This document shows positions 29,359 through 39,343 of a stretch of 64,000 nt of DNA, one piece after another. Each line of letters begins with the position of its first letter. Positions within the stretch are counted from its first letter, which is position 1. Under the pieces are notes generated by a model, which worked only from the letters and a program-made list of their open reading frames with translations, searched no databases and was not told the origin of the DNA. The stretch comes from Armatimonadota bacterium (GTDB lineage: Bacteria; Armatimonadota; UBA5829): NCBI GenBank assembly GCA_029907315.1, contig JARYME010000002.1, positions 1,581 through 65,580 of the forward strand, given 5' to 3'. The position numbers were made by a program, and so were the translations under genes.

Positions 29359-30912
29359 ATGGCTGTCCAGAAGCGCAAGACAATACCAGAGGTTCCGGCA
29401 GAGCAGGATGGGCTGTCGGGAGAAGAGCTGTTTGCTCGCGGCAAAGGTTTAACGTACGACGATTTCATTGTGCTGCCCGGTTATATTGATTTCCAGGCGA
29501 GCGAAGTTGACCTAGAAACTCGCGTCACACGCAACATAAAAATAAAGCGTCCGCTCGTCAGCTCGCCTATGGATACCGTAACAGAGTGGAAGATGGCAGT
29601 CTACCTCGCCTTGCTTGGGGGCATCGGCATCATCCACTACAACAACACTATAGAAGCCCAAGTGGAGCACGTTCGAAAGGTCAAGCGCTTTGAGAACGGA
29701 TTCATCATCGATCCTGTAGTGTTGAGCCCGAGGCACACGGTAAGCGATGTAGACCGAATCAAGAAGGAGCATGGGTTCTCGGGTATCCCCATTACGGAAG
29801 ACGGCACTCTCGGATCTAGACTGGTCGGCATCGTTACGAACCGAGACATCGACTTTGAGAAGGACCGTTCGCGGCCGCTTGCTGAGGTAATGACGACTGA
29901 CCTGATAACCGCTAAGCAGGGCGTCACGCTCCACGAGGCAAACCAGATTCTCAAAGCTTCAAAGAAAGGCAAGCTGCCAGTAGTGGATGACCAGTTCCGA
30001 TTGGTGGCTCTTTTGTCACGCCGAGACCTGCTGACGAACAAGGACTACCCATACGCTTCCAAGAGTGCTGACAAACAGCTCCTAGTGGGTGCTGCCGTTT
30101 CTACTCGCCAGGAAGACCGCGAAAGGATAGAAGCTCTCGTCGATGCCGGTGTCGACATACTCCTGATCGATTCTGCCCAGGGATACTCGCGCTACCAAAT
30201 CGAAACCCTGAGATTTATAAAAGAGCGGTATCCCGATATCGACGTTATCGCAGGGAATGTGGTTACTACTGAGCAGTGCCGTGCGCTGATAGAGGAAGGC
30301 GCAGATGCGCTTCGTGTTGGAATGGGCCCCGGTTCCATATGCATCACACAAACTATGATGGCTGTTGGCAGACCGCAGGCCACGGCCGTCTACAGGTGCG
30401 CCAAATATGCCAGACAATTCGACGTGCCGGTTATAGCAGACGGCGGTATCCAAGGCATAGGCCACATTGCGAAGGCACTGGCCATCGGTGCCAGTACAGT
30501 AATGGCGGGATATCTCTTGGCTGGTACAGCGGAAGCTCCGGGCGAATACTTCTACGAAAACGGCGTTAGAGTCAAGCGTTATCGTGGCATGGCGAGCGTC
30601 GAAGCAATGACAGCCGGTGGCGGCAAGAGATACATGAGCGAGGACGACCAAGTCATAGTGCCACAGGGCGTTACAGGGACTGTTCCGGACAGGGGATCGT
30701 TGGTAGACTACGTGCCGTATTTGATGAAGGGATTGCAACAAGCTTTCCAGGATATGGGCGTGCGCAGCATCCCTGAACTCCACGAAGCCTTGTACTCCGG
30801 AAAACTGAGGTTTGAGCAGCGGACATCTGCGGCTCAAGCGGAGGGCACGGTCCACAGCCTCTATTCGTTCAAACCGCCCAAGCTCGGTCGTTCACCTATC
30901 GATGCGTTCTAG
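29359..30912 (+). CDS. guaB: IMP dehydrogenase with CBS subdomain (eukaryote-type sequence)
   Basis: [19 protein letters not shown] (catalytic Cys), IADGGI, YRGMAS, CBS pair. Confidence 0.96.
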   Translation: MAVQKRKTIPEVPAEQDGLSGEELFARGKGLTYDDFIVLPGYIDFQASEVDLETRVTRNIKIKRPLVSSPMDTVTEWKMAVYLALLGGIGIIHYNNTIEAQVEHVRKVKRFENGFIIDPVVLSPRHTVSDVDRIKKEHGFSGIPITEDGTLGSRLVGIVTNRDIDFEKDRSRPLAEVMTTDLITAKQGVTLHEANQILKASKKGKLPVVDDQFRLVALLSRRDLLTNKDYPYASKSADKQLLVGAAVSTRQEDRERIEALVDAGVDILLIDSAQGYSRYQIETLRFIKERYPDIDVIAGNVVTTEQCRALIEEGADALRVGMGPGSICITQTMMAVGRPQATAVYRCAKYARQFDVPVIADGGIQGIGHIAKALAIGASTVMAGYLLAGTAEAPGEYFYENGVRVKRYRGMASVEAMTAGGGKRYMSEDDQVIVPQGVTGTVPDRGSLVDYVPYLMKGLQQAFQDMGVRSIPELHEALYSGKLRFEQRTSAAQAEGTVHSLYSFKPPKLGRSPIDAF

Positions 30913-30945
30913 TTTTTCGTTGTTGAAAAACAGGTGGCCTTCTTT

Positions 30946-31782
30946 TTATGAGAGCAGTTGTCGGAGGATCGTTAGGTTCCTGATATCCCACTCTATACCC
31001 TCTGCGGGCGTTTCGATAATGCCAGGCAGACCTGCTGTTGCAGGGTGGTGAAGCAATGCTCGGAAGCCCTCGTATCCGATTCTTCCGAGCGCTATATGGT
31101 GGTGTTTGTCACGGTGAGAACCAAGCGGCATCTCCGTGTCGTTTAAGTGCACGACTTTAAGCTGGTCGATGCCCACAAGCCGTTCTATCTCTGAGAATAC
31201 TGACTCCACTCCTTGTTGCGTTGATATATCATAGCCGGCAGCGTACAAGTGTGCCGTATCTACAGCGATACCTATCCGGTCCTGATACTTCACAGCGGCT
31301 AATATATCCGCAATTTCCTCAAAAGAGGAACCCACTGCATTTCCGCTTCCTGCACCGAGTTCGAGAACCACGGCTGCCCCGTCCGCTGTTTCCAAAGCCT
31401 CGTTTACGGCTGTGGCTACCCGCGCAATCCCTGTTTTCAGACCTGCGCCCTTGTGGCTTCCAATGTGGGTTACCACTCGATCGGCGCCCAACAAGCGAGC
31501 TCGCGTCAGGGCGTCCGAAAGAGCATACTTACTTTTGTTCCAAATCTCTTGGTCAGGTGAGGCAAGATTCACTAAATAAGGCGTATGCAAGATTATAGGC
31601 GATATACCGAGGGCCCGTGCTCCACGTTCGAATTCGGCAGCCAGCTCCGAATTCAGAGGTCGCCGCAGCCAGCTGTTGGGGTTGCTTGAGAATAGTTGGA
31701 TAGTTTCACACTTCAACTGCCGAGCAAAGTCGAGTGCTTGTAGAAGACCCTTACTGATGCGAACGTGTACACCCAGTCGCAT
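30946..31782 (-). CDS. nfo: Endonuclease IV (AP endonuclease family 2)
   Basis: HTPYLVNLAS, HIGS, DTAHLYAAGYD, HLND..GSHRDKH, IIETP. Confidence 0.92.
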   Translation of the reverse strand: MRLGVHVRISKGLLQALDFARQLKCETIQLFSSNPNSWLRRPLNSELAAEFERGARALGISPIILHTPYLVNLASPDQEIWNKSKYALSDALTRARLLGADRVVTHIGSHKGAGLKTGIARVATAVNEALETADGAAVVLELGAGSGNAVGSSFEEIADILAAVKYQDRIGIAVDTAHLYAAGYDISTQQGVESVFSEIERLVGIDQLKVVHLNDTEMPLGSHRDKHHHIALGRIGYEGFRALLHHPATAGLPGIIETPAEGIEWDIRNLTILRQLLS

Positions 31783-31881
31783 AGTAAAAAACTATTCAGC
31801 GGCAGTCGATCCGGGGCGCAAATACCACTTTGTAAGATGTATTTGGACCTACTAGGCGAGGATAGGAGCGCAGTACGTTCA

Positions 31882-32229
31882 CTAGTCTTCCTCGTCCTCG
31901 TCTTCCTCGCCAAAGTCGTCCAGGTCGGTCGATGCGTAGCTGAACGAACTGATCTCCTCGGCGCGGAACATGCTCACCAAGAAGTCCTCGCGCTCGAAGC
32001 TCGGCATGTATGATGACACTATGTCTTCGTCTATCAACTCCAACAGGTCTTCCTCTTCGGACGTAGTCAAGTCCACTTCCAGAAGAACTGCCGCGTGGAT
32101 AACATCATGTGCGTAGTGCAGGTGTACCTGTCCGACGCGCGAGTCTCCGTCCCAAATGACGTAGATTTCTGAAGACGACGTGCGGACGAGACGCGAGAGT
32201 CTGAACTGGGGTCTGGAGTTGTCTTCCAA
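31882..32229 (-). CDS. Acidic hypothetical protein
   Basis: RBS CAGGAGG before TTG 32229; upstream TTGACT-N17-CATACT; Asp/Glu-rich tail. Confidence 0.7.
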   Translation of the reverse strand: MEDNSRPQFRLSRLVRTSSSEIYVIWDGDSRVGQVHLHYAHDVIHAAVLLEVDLTTSEEEDLLELIDEDIVSSYMPSFEREDFLVSMFRAEEISSFSYASTDLDDFGEEDEDEED

Positions 32230-32472
32230 GGGAAACCTCCTGAGCGGGTTTATCAGACGCCGACAGTATGCCACTTTTTGCCGGAACAGTCAACTCCTGC
32301 AGCGTTGAGCTATGACTGAAACAAGTGGTCTGCACGTATTCGACGGGATTTCATCACTCGGCGGCATTTGGTAACAGATAACTCGCGTTTGTCTCTTTTG
32401 AGGTCAAGGGCTGCATAATAACTGCGTGCGGTGGGTATATGCAATTTAGCATCTTCGTAAGGAGGCTGGCTT

Positions 32473-32709
32473 ATGCCCGCAAAGAATGTTATAGTATACT
32501 CGACTCCAACTTGTCCGTATTGTATTCAGGTCAAGGAGTACCTGAAGTCCAAGAATATTCCCTTCACGGACTACAACGTTGCTACCGACATAGAGGCGCG
32601 AAACGCGATGGTGCAGAAGTCGGGGCAGCTTGGGGTTCCTGTTATTGAGGTAGACGGTGAGATTGTTGTGGGATTCAACCGCAGCAAACTCGACCAGCTC
32701 TTGTCCTAA
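32473..32709 (+). CDS. Glutaredoxin-like (NrdH/YruB-type) redoxin
   Basis: YSTPTCPYC, SGQLGVPVI; RBS AAGGAGG. Confidence 0.92.
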   Translation: MPAKNVIVYSTPTCPYCIQVKEYLKSKNIPFTDYNVATDIEARNAMVQKSGQLGVPVIEVDGEIVVGFNRSKLDQLLS

Positions 32710-32760
32710 GCTATATAGCAGTTGTAGACACCACTGTCTACACAAAATGGGTCGGCAAGC

Positions 32761-33714
32761 GTGGAGAGCAAACGCGAGCGTGAACTGATAATCATCGGTG
32801 CCGGTCCGGCAGGGATGACGGCTGCCGTTTACGCAGCGCGCAAACAACTTGACACGCTTGTGATAACCAAGGATGTCGGCGGTCAAGCCTTGTGGAGCTC
32901 AGATATCCAAAACTATCTGGGCTTCACATTCATAACCGGAGCAGAACTGGTCAAGCGATTTGAGGAACACGTGCGTAGCTTCGGGGTAGCTGTGGAGTAT
33001 TCGTCGGTAACCAAAGTGTCTAGTGTTGACGACAGCTTCGAGGTAGTTACGGAGGACAACCGACGCTTCTTGGCTCGTGCTCTCATAGTGAGTTCGGGCA
33101 AGTCACCGCGCACGTTGAACGTTCCTGGAGAAAAAGAGTTCTTGGGTCGAGGTGTCGCTTACTGCGCAACGTGCGATGCGCCTTTGTTCGCCGGGAAGAA
33201 CGTTGCGGTTGTTGGCGGCGGCAACTCTGGTCTCGACGCGGCAGTCCAGCTCATGCGCATTTGCCCGCACGTATATATCATTGAGGTTGCTGACCAGCTG
33301 CGCGGGGACGAGGCAATTCAAAACACGGTGCTCCGTGCTGACAACGTCACGGTGCTAACTGGTACCACTGTGAAAGAAATTCGGGGCGATTCCTTTGTCC
33401 GAAGTGTCGTTGTTCAAGACGTTCATACCAACAATATTCGCGAGCTTGACGTTGAAGGCGTGTTTGTGGAAATCGGTCTTTCGCCCAACAGTGACTTCGT
33501 GAAAGATGTTGTCAAGCTCAACAAATGGCGAGAGATACCTGTTGACTGCGGAGCTAGGACTGGCGTGCCAGGCCTTTTTGCTGCCGGCGACGTTACGGAT
33601 GTCCCACAAAAGCAAATCATATGCGCAGCTGGAGATGGCGCCAAAGCTGCGCTCGGTGCATATTCATATCTTGTCAGGCGTCCTGTTCCCACCGACTGGC
33701 TGAAGAGCCAATGA
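32761..33714 (+). CDS. trxB: Thioredoxin-disulfide reductase (TrxB/AhpF C-terminal type)
   Basis: GAGPAG, GVAYCATCDAP, VGGGNSG, FAAGDVT..KQI. Confidence 0.88.
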   Translation: MESKRERELIIIGAGPAGMTAAVYAARKQLDTLVITKDVGGQALWSSDIQNYLGFTFITGAELVKRFEEHVRSFGVAVEYSSVTKVSSVDDSFEVVTEDNRRFLARALIVSSGKSPRTLNVPGEKEFLGRGVAYCATCDAPLFAGKNVAVVGGGNSGLDAAVQLMRICPHVYIIEVADQLRGDEAIQNTVLRADNVTVLTGTTVKEIRGDSFVRSVVVQDVHTNNIRELDVEGVFVEIGLSPNSDFVKDVVKLNKWREIPVDCGARTGVPGLFAAGDVTDVPQKQIICAAGDGAKAALGAYSYLVRRPVPTDWLKSQ

Positions 33715-34931
33715 ACTCTAACCATCGCGCACCAACTTCTGCCTACGTGCATATACCGTTTTGTGTTTCCAAGTGTTATTACTGCGACTTCGGTTCGCAC
33801 GTGGGACTGGAATATCTGTTTGACGACTACGCTCGTGCTGTCGCTCGGGAGATAGAAAGAACCGCTGCCGAGCTTGGGAGTGGGTATGGGTTTGAGCGCG
33901 AAAGGAGTCCATTGTCAACCATATATTTCGGGGGAGGTACTCCAACCGTCCTTTCCCCTTCAGCTTTGGGGATTGTGCTTGACTCTCTGATGGCCTGTTT
34001 CGGTGTTGACCAGAGCGCCGAAGTTACCATCGAAGCCAACCCCGATACACTTGAAGGAGCGAAGCTCGAGCAGCTGCTGGAACTCGGTTTCAATCGCCTC
34101 AGTCTTGGATTTCAATCTTTCGACGATGAGATGCTTGCACGTCTTGGTAGGGTCCACACGGCTCAGCAAGCGGTTGCATTGTTTCGTCAAGCACGGCGAT
34201 CCGGTTTTGGCCGCGTAAGTGTGGATCTCATGTTCGCGCTACCCGGTCAGACGATTGAGCATTTCAGGCGAGAGCTAGAGACACTCTTGAGTTTACTACC
34301 GGAGCACGTGTCGTTGTACGAGCTGACTGTCGAGTCCGGCACTCCGCTGGCGCAGATGCGAGATGCAGGTTTGGTGGAGCTGCCCGAAGAAGAAGCAAAG
34401 CTTGCAATGTACGAGATGGCGATCACGGAGCTTACCGCAGCGGGCTACGAACACTATGAGGTATCAAACTTTGCTATGCCGGGATTTCGCTGCCGGCACA
34501 ACCAGGTTTATTGGCGGAACGAGCCGTTCTACGGGTTCGGTGCTGGCGCGACAAGTTATATCGCCGGTGTGCGAAGCCACAGGGTGTTGGATCCGGAGCA
34601 GTACGTAAGGTGTATCGTTACGGGCGCAGATCCCATTGATTACTCTGAAAAGCTTTGTGGACGGTCGCTTTTGGGCGAGACGCTAATGTTGGGTTTGAGA
34701 ATGCTGGATGGAGTAGACCTTGAGCAGGTTCGGCTTTTTACCGGGTTGGATCCTCTTACCGAATTTGGCACTGAAATAGCTGACTTGACACGGCGCCGAC
34801 TACTGCAGCTCACAGGAGATCGGCTGCGCGTGACGCATCGCGGTCTGCTGCTATTGAACGATGTATGCGAAGCTTTTGTCGAACCTTTTTCTTCAGTCGA
34901 CCCTGCTACTTCTCCTTCAACAAAGCCTTGA
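33711..34931 (+). CDS. hemW: Radical SAM heme chaperone HemW (HemN-like)
   Basis: YVHIPFC..KCYYCDF, YFGGGTP, YEVSNFA, HNQVYW; ATGA overlap with trxB. Confidence 0.9.
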   Translation: MNSNHRAPTSAYVHIPFCVSKCYYCDFGSHVGLEYLFDDYARAVAREIERTAAELGSGYGFERERSPLSTIYFGGGTPTVLSPSALGIVLDSLMACFGVDQSAEVTIEANPDTLEGAKLEQLLELGFNRLSLGFQSFDDEMLARLGRVHTAQQAVALFRQARRSGFGRVSVDLMFALPGQTIEHFRRELETLLSLLPEHVSLYELTVESGTPLAQMRDAGLVELPEEEAKLAMYEMAITELTAAGYEHYEVSNFAMPGFRCRHNQVYWRNEPFYGFGAGATSYIAGVRSHRVLDPEQYVRCIVTGADPIDYSEKLCGRSLLGETLMLGLRMLDGVDLEQVRLFTGLDPLTEFGTEIADLTRRRLLQLTGDRLRVTHRGLLLLNDVCEAFVEPFSSVDPATSPSTKP

Positions 34932-35448
34932 TCTGGCGCTCCATTTCCGCCGCCTTCTGCTTGCCTTGCTGTTCGTCTCTTGGGAAACCCACGTCCGCGT
35001 GCCGTATTACGCCTTTCTTGTCTATGATGTAGGTCGCGGGTATTGCCGAAACCTTGTAGGGTTCACCGACCGTTTTCGCGTTCGGGTCGTGCGCGACAGT
35101 GTAGTTGATTTTTTGCTCCTTCACAAACTTGACCACTTCTTCTTTGCCGCGGTCGATCGACACTCCCACGACGACAACTTCGTTTTTCTTGAATTTGTCT
35201 CGGAGTTTGATCAAGAACGGGATCTCAGACCTGCACGGTGGACACCAAGTTGCCCAAATGTCCAGCAGAACCACCTTTTTCGGCGCTTTCGAGAAGCAAG
35301 TCGAAAGTGTGAACTTGCCACCGTCGAGTGTGGGCAGCGTGAAGTCCGGTGCTTTTGTGCCTGGCGACAGCTCGGCAACCACAGCCGACGTTAAGGCTGC
35401 AGCCGCTGCGACTGCGACCAACAAGAGAACTCTTTTCCTTCGTAACAT
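34906..35448 (-). CDS. TlpA-family exported thiol-disulfide oxidoreductase
   Basis: Signal peptide, APDFTL, WATWCPPC, IPATYIID. Confidence 0.92.
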   Translation of the reverse strand: MLRRKRVLLLVAVAAAAALTSAVVAELSPGTKAPDFTLPTLDGGKFTLSTCFSKAPKKVVLLDIWATWCPPCRSEIPFLIKLRDKFKKNEVVVVGVSIDRGKEEVVKFVKEQKINYTVAHDPNAKTVGEPYKVSAIPATYIIDKKGVIRHADVGFPRDEQQGKQKAAEMERQIKALLKEK

Positions 35449-35575
35449 GGCGATTTCTCCTTTTCTGCCGACCGCCAACTCCGGGTATGGTCGACTGCTT
35501 CTTTGACAGCACCATTTACGGGTGCTATCCTGATTTGGTGCCAACAGATTACCAGCCTGGAGCAAAAAGCGCAAT

Positions 35576-36754
35576 ATGTTGAGAAGTCGGACCACTGTAT
35601 TATTGACGCTGGTTGTTGTCGGCGTAGTTGTTCTCGCGGGCTGTGTTGCTGTGGTGTCCTTCGTCAGAGCTCGTCTTAACCTTACCCCCATACCTCAAGC
35701 ACCCCCAAAGTTCAGAATTGAGCGGCAAGTGTTGCCAGACGGTGTCAGGAATATACGCTGTTCTCCCAACGGAGGCGCATATTGCATAGTTACTAGGGGT
35801 GGAGGAGTATACGTTTTCAACAGGAGAGGTGCGGTGCGGTATTCAGTTAGGTTGGAGGACGCAACCGCTGCATTGGTTACCGACGATGCGGGGTGTGCAG
35901 TTGTCTATTCAGAGCGAGATCCTTCTCGCACCTTGGTGACTTTTTTGAATTCTGCTGGCCGCAGGATTTGGAAACTTTCTGTGCGTGGGGCGGTATGGTG
36001 CTGCGACGTTTTCGGTGATGCCCATCGGGCTGTGTTCGTTGTTGGTACGGGCAAGGCATATGTGTACGTGGTCGAGATCAGCCCTGGCAACGTGAGGTAC
36101 CGACGGTTCCGCGTACCCGGTGCCGTAAGCTCAATTATGCTGGATCGGCGCGATGAATCGGTCTTAGTCGCCACTTGGCAGCGCTCCAGCATAGGCCGCT
36201 ACACGCTCAACGGTAGGTGTGTCTGGCGGATAGAAGGGAGACCTGATCTCGTGTACCAAGTACACGCAACGGGTTTTCCAGACAAGGCAATTGCATACGG
36301 CAGGCCATTGGTTTTCGGTATCACCGGCGAGTTATGTGCTTTGGCTGGCGGCACTGTTTTGTGGCGTCGGGACATTGGCAGTGCAGCATGCCTCGACGTG
36401 GTTTTCGCGTGTGAAGGCGATTGCGTGTGTCTCGCTCAGGAAAGCGTTATCAGCCACGAAGGTCGATCGGTTAAAGAAAAACGCGCTGTGCTACTCGATG
36501 GTTCAGGCAGAGTCCTTGCTGATAAGGGCTCGCTGTTCTTTGGCGTTCGTCCGCTAATGGTGACGCGGCAATGTGGTGTTCTGCTTTGCGGCAACGAAAA
36601 GGCTCTTTTCTCAATGAACAGCGCGGGTAAATTAGATAAGGTTGCGGTTTTACCGTCGCGCGTGGTGGACTACGCTGTTTCCGATAATGGGGAATTAGTA
36701 CTATTGGAGTGTGCTGGCGGGATACTGATTCGCGCGGTGTTGCTACCTCTGTAA
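35576..36754 (+). CDS. Membrane-anchored hypothetical protein, probable beta-propeller
   Basis: N-terminal TM helix; repeated G..W strand motifs. Confidence 0.6.
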   Translation: MLRSRTTVLLTLVVVGVVVLAGCVAVVSFVRARLNLTPIPQAPPKFRIERQVLPDGVRNIRCSPNGGAYCIVTRGGGVYVFNRRGAVRYSVRLEDATAALVTDDAGCAVVYSERDPSRTLVTFLNSAGRRIWKLSVRGAVWCCDVFGDAHRAVFVVGTGKAYVYVVEISPGNVRYRRFRVPGAVSSIMLDRRDESVLVATWQRSSIGRYTLNGRCVWRIEGRPDLVYQVHATGFPDKAIAYGRPLVFGITGELCALAGGTVLWRRDIGSAACLDVVFACEGDCVCLAQESVISHEGRSVKEKRAVLLDGSGRVLADKGSLFFGVRPLMVTRQCGVLLCGNEKALFSMNSAGKLDKVAVLPSRVVDYAVSDNGELVLLECAGGILIRAVLLPL

Positions 36755-36759
36755 ATGGC

Positions 36760-36794
36760 GACACGGCGCTCCTCTCTGAGAGGAGCGCCGTGTC
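36760..36794. terminator. Strong hairpin between convergent genes
   Basis: GACACGGCGCTCCTC ... GAGGAGCGCCGTGTC. Confidence 0.65.
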
Positions 36795-36820
36795 TACACG
36801 AGGCTGGGCTTGGTGTCCGG

Positions 36821-37081
36821 CTAGCTGTCCGACAGTGTCGCCTCCAACGGAATGAGTCCGAGCCTGGTGGCGCGTCGGAATGCTTGCACTCGGTTCGACA
36901 CCTGGAGTTTGTCATATATGTTGGCTAGGTGGAAGTCCACGGTCCGTTTGCTGACGTAAAGCGCATCAGCTATGTCCTTGGACGTCTTGCCTTGAACTAC
37001 CAGTGTCAGAACCTCGAGCTCGCGTTTTGTAAGCCGGACAGAGCGGTCTTCATTTACGTTCGGGATTCCGACAGCCGCCAT
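36821..37081 (-). CDS. Standalone LuxR-type HTH regulator
   Basis: LTKRELEVL..G.TSKDIA..L.VS.RTVDFHL.NIY.KL.V.NR; no receiver domain; RBS AGGAG before ATG 37081. Confidence 0.9.
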   Translation of the reverse strand: MAAVGIPNVNEDRSVRLTKRELEVLTLVVQGKTSKDIADALYVSKRTVDFHLANIYDKLQVSNRVQAFRRATRLGLIPLEATLSDS

Positions 37082-37374
37082 ATACCTCTCCTTTCCCTGC
37101 TCGCCGCTCATTCATATCATTCCACGATTCGGCGGCGAACCGTAACAGTTTCCTGCAGATCAGGAGACATAAAGGTTTTCTAGAACCCATTCCTTATCAG
37201 AGGCTTCTGTGCGGTAGCTAGGTGCTGAGCAAGTTGGTAGTGCCAGATCTGCGGAAGTCTTCTAGTTAGAAAGCGAGACGAGTCATGCTGGGTAGAGCAC
37301 GCAGGTAAACGGTAAAATTTGGGTAAGAATATACAAAACAGCCGCTGGTGCGGAGGTTTGGGAGGAATCAGCAA

Positions 37375-37950
37375 ATGTCGAGAATCAAGGGAACAAGGAC
37401 CGAAAAAAACCTACTCGCAGCCTTTGCGGGCGAGTCCCAGGCGCGCAATCGCTACACATATTTTGCTAGCCAAGCTAAGAAGGAAGGCTTCGAGCAGATA
37501 GCCGCAGTCTTCGAGGAAACTGCAAACCAAGAAAAGGAACACGCCAAACGATTTTTCTCAATGCTGGATGGCGGCGATGTTGAGATTACAGCTACTTATC
37601 CCGCCGGCAAGATAGGAACCACGCTTGAGAATCTCAAAGCGGCGGCCGCAGGTGAGATGTACGAATGGGGAACTATGTATCCGGACTTCGCACAGGTGGC
37701 CCGCGAAGAGGGCTTCGAGGCTGTAGCGAAGCTGTTTGAAAATGTGGCTGTTGCCGAAAAGTTTCACGAGCGTCGGTATAGAGGCTTTGCTGAGCTTGTG
37801 GAATCCGGGCATGTCTTCAAGAAAGACCAGGTCGTAACGTGGCGGTGCCGAAACTGCGGTTACATCCACGAGGGTGCCGAAGCACCGGCTGCATGTCCCG
37901 CTTGTGCTCATCCGCAGGCGTACTTTGAGGTGCTGGTGGAAAATTGGTAG
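37375..37950 (+). CDS. rbr: Rubrerythrin
   Basis: AFAGESQARNRY, EKEHA, E..H di-iron ligands, C-terminal CRNCG..CPAC rubredoxin domain. Confidence 0.96.
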   Translation: MSRIKGTRTEKNLLAAFAGESQARNRYTYFASQAKKEGFEQIAAVFEETANQEKEHAKRFFSMLDGGDVEITATYPAGKIGTTLENLKAAAAGEMYEWGTMYPDFAQVAREEGFEAVAKLFENVAVAEKFHERRYRGFAELVESGHVFKKDQVVTWRCRNCGYIHEGAEAPAACPACAHPQAYFEVLVENW

Positions 37951-38072
37951 TTGATCCGAGATTCTGCTTGGGGAGGTTGTTCGTTCCAAGCTGAGAATAC
38001 TTTTCGTGCCGATTGGGCGCTGGGCGGCTGATCTGCGAACTGCCCAGCGCCACGGTTGTAGGGGTGAACGAA

Positions 38073-39272
38073 ATGACACCAGTAAGGATTAAGCCAAACT
38101 TGTATTGGGTGGGCGCTGTGGATTGGAACGTTCGGGATTTCCACGGCTATTCGACACCCGCGGGCAGCACGTATAACGCGTATCTGCTCTTGGATGAGAA
38201 GACGGTGTTGTTCGATACCGTCAAGAAACCTTTTGCAAAGGATCTCGTGACCAAGATAAGCGAGATTGTAGAACCCGAGCGCATAGACTACATCGTCGTA
38301 AACCACGTGGAACTCGATCATTCAGGTGCACTTCCCGAGATAGTCAGTCTTGTCAAGCCCGAGAAGATCTTCTGCTCACCTAACGGCAAAAAGGCTCTAT
38401 TGGCTCATTTTCATATCGATGACTGGCCTATCGAAGTTGTGCAGACGGGTTCTAAAATCAGCTTGGGCTCACGAACCATTAGTTTCATTGAGACGCGTAT
38501 GCTCCACTGGCCGGACAGCATGTTCTCCTACATCGAAGAAGACGCATTGCTTATCTCACAGGACGCCTTCGGACAGCACTGGGCAACTAGTGAGCGTTTC
38601 GACGATGAAGTTGACGAATCCGAGCTGATGTATCAGTCCGCCAAATACTATGCCAACATTCTCTTGCCGTATTCGCCGCTTGTCCAAAAACTCATAGCTC
38701 AAATCCGCGAGGCTGGTCTTCGGATAGATATGATTGCCCCAGATCACGGCCTGATCTGGAGATCGAATCCCGAGAAGATAATCAATGCGTGGGAACGTTG
38801 GAGCCGACAGGAGACCAGCGAGAAAGCAGTTTTGGTCTACGATACGATGTGGCAGAGCACTGAGCTTATGGCAAGAGCCATTGCCGATGGGCTTCAGCAG
38901 GCGGGAATCTCGTACCGAGTCATGAGCCTTTCGAACGTTCACCGAAGCGATGTGGTTACCGAATTATTGGATTCTCGCTCGTTGGTTTTAGGCTCATCCA
39001 CCATCAACAATCAGATGCTTCCGAGAGTGGCCGATCTTCTCTGCTATCTAAAGGGCCTGCGGCCTGGTCCAAAGATTGCTGCGGCGTTCGGCAGCTATGG
39101 ATGGGGTGGCGAGGCAGTAAAACAGATAAATGCGGCCTTTGAGGAAATGAAGTTCCAGGTGGTCGACGAGGGTTTGCGCGTGCAGTACGTGCCTACGGGC
39201 GACGACCTAAAGAAATGCGTCGATCTGGGACGCAAGATCGGTGCTTTGGTTCGTCAGGGGGCACCGGCATAA
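38073..39272 (+). CDS. fprA: Flavodiiron protein (FprA; O2/NO reductase)
   Basis: NHVELDHSG, LHWPDSM, DAFGQH, APDHG, flavodoxin AFGSYGWGG. Confidence 0.94.
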   Translation: MTPVRIKPNLYWVGAVDWNVRDFHGYSTPAGSTYNAYLLLDEKTVLFDTVKKPFAKDLVTKISEIVEPERIDYIVVNHVELDHSGALPEIVSLVKPEKIFCSPNGKKALLAHFHIDDWPIEVVQTGSKISLGSRTISFIETRMLHWPDSMFSYIEEDALLISQDAFGQHWATSERFDDEVDESELMYQSAKYYANILLPYSPLVQKLIAQIREAGLRIDMIAPDHGLIWRSNPEKIINAWERWSRQETSEKAVLVYDTMWQSTELMARAIADGLQQAGISYRVMSLSNVHRSDVVTELLDSRSLVLGSSTINNQMLPRVADLLCYLKGLRPGPKIAAAFGSYGWGGEAVKQINAAFEEMKFQVVDEGLRVQYVPTGDDLKKCVDLGRKIGALVRQGAPA

Positions 39273-39343
39273 TGACTGCTTGCCTTTGCTGAAAACGAGA
39301 CCTTTTCCTTGAACTCAAACACCTAAATTGGGGGCTAGGTCAT

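Noticed and set aside
37193..37260. SAM-I riboswitch-like start (CTTATCAGAG...GGTGC) upstream of rbr
   Set aside because: The GAGGGA/GGCCC kink-turn and GCAACC core are missing, and the downstream gene is not methionine-related.
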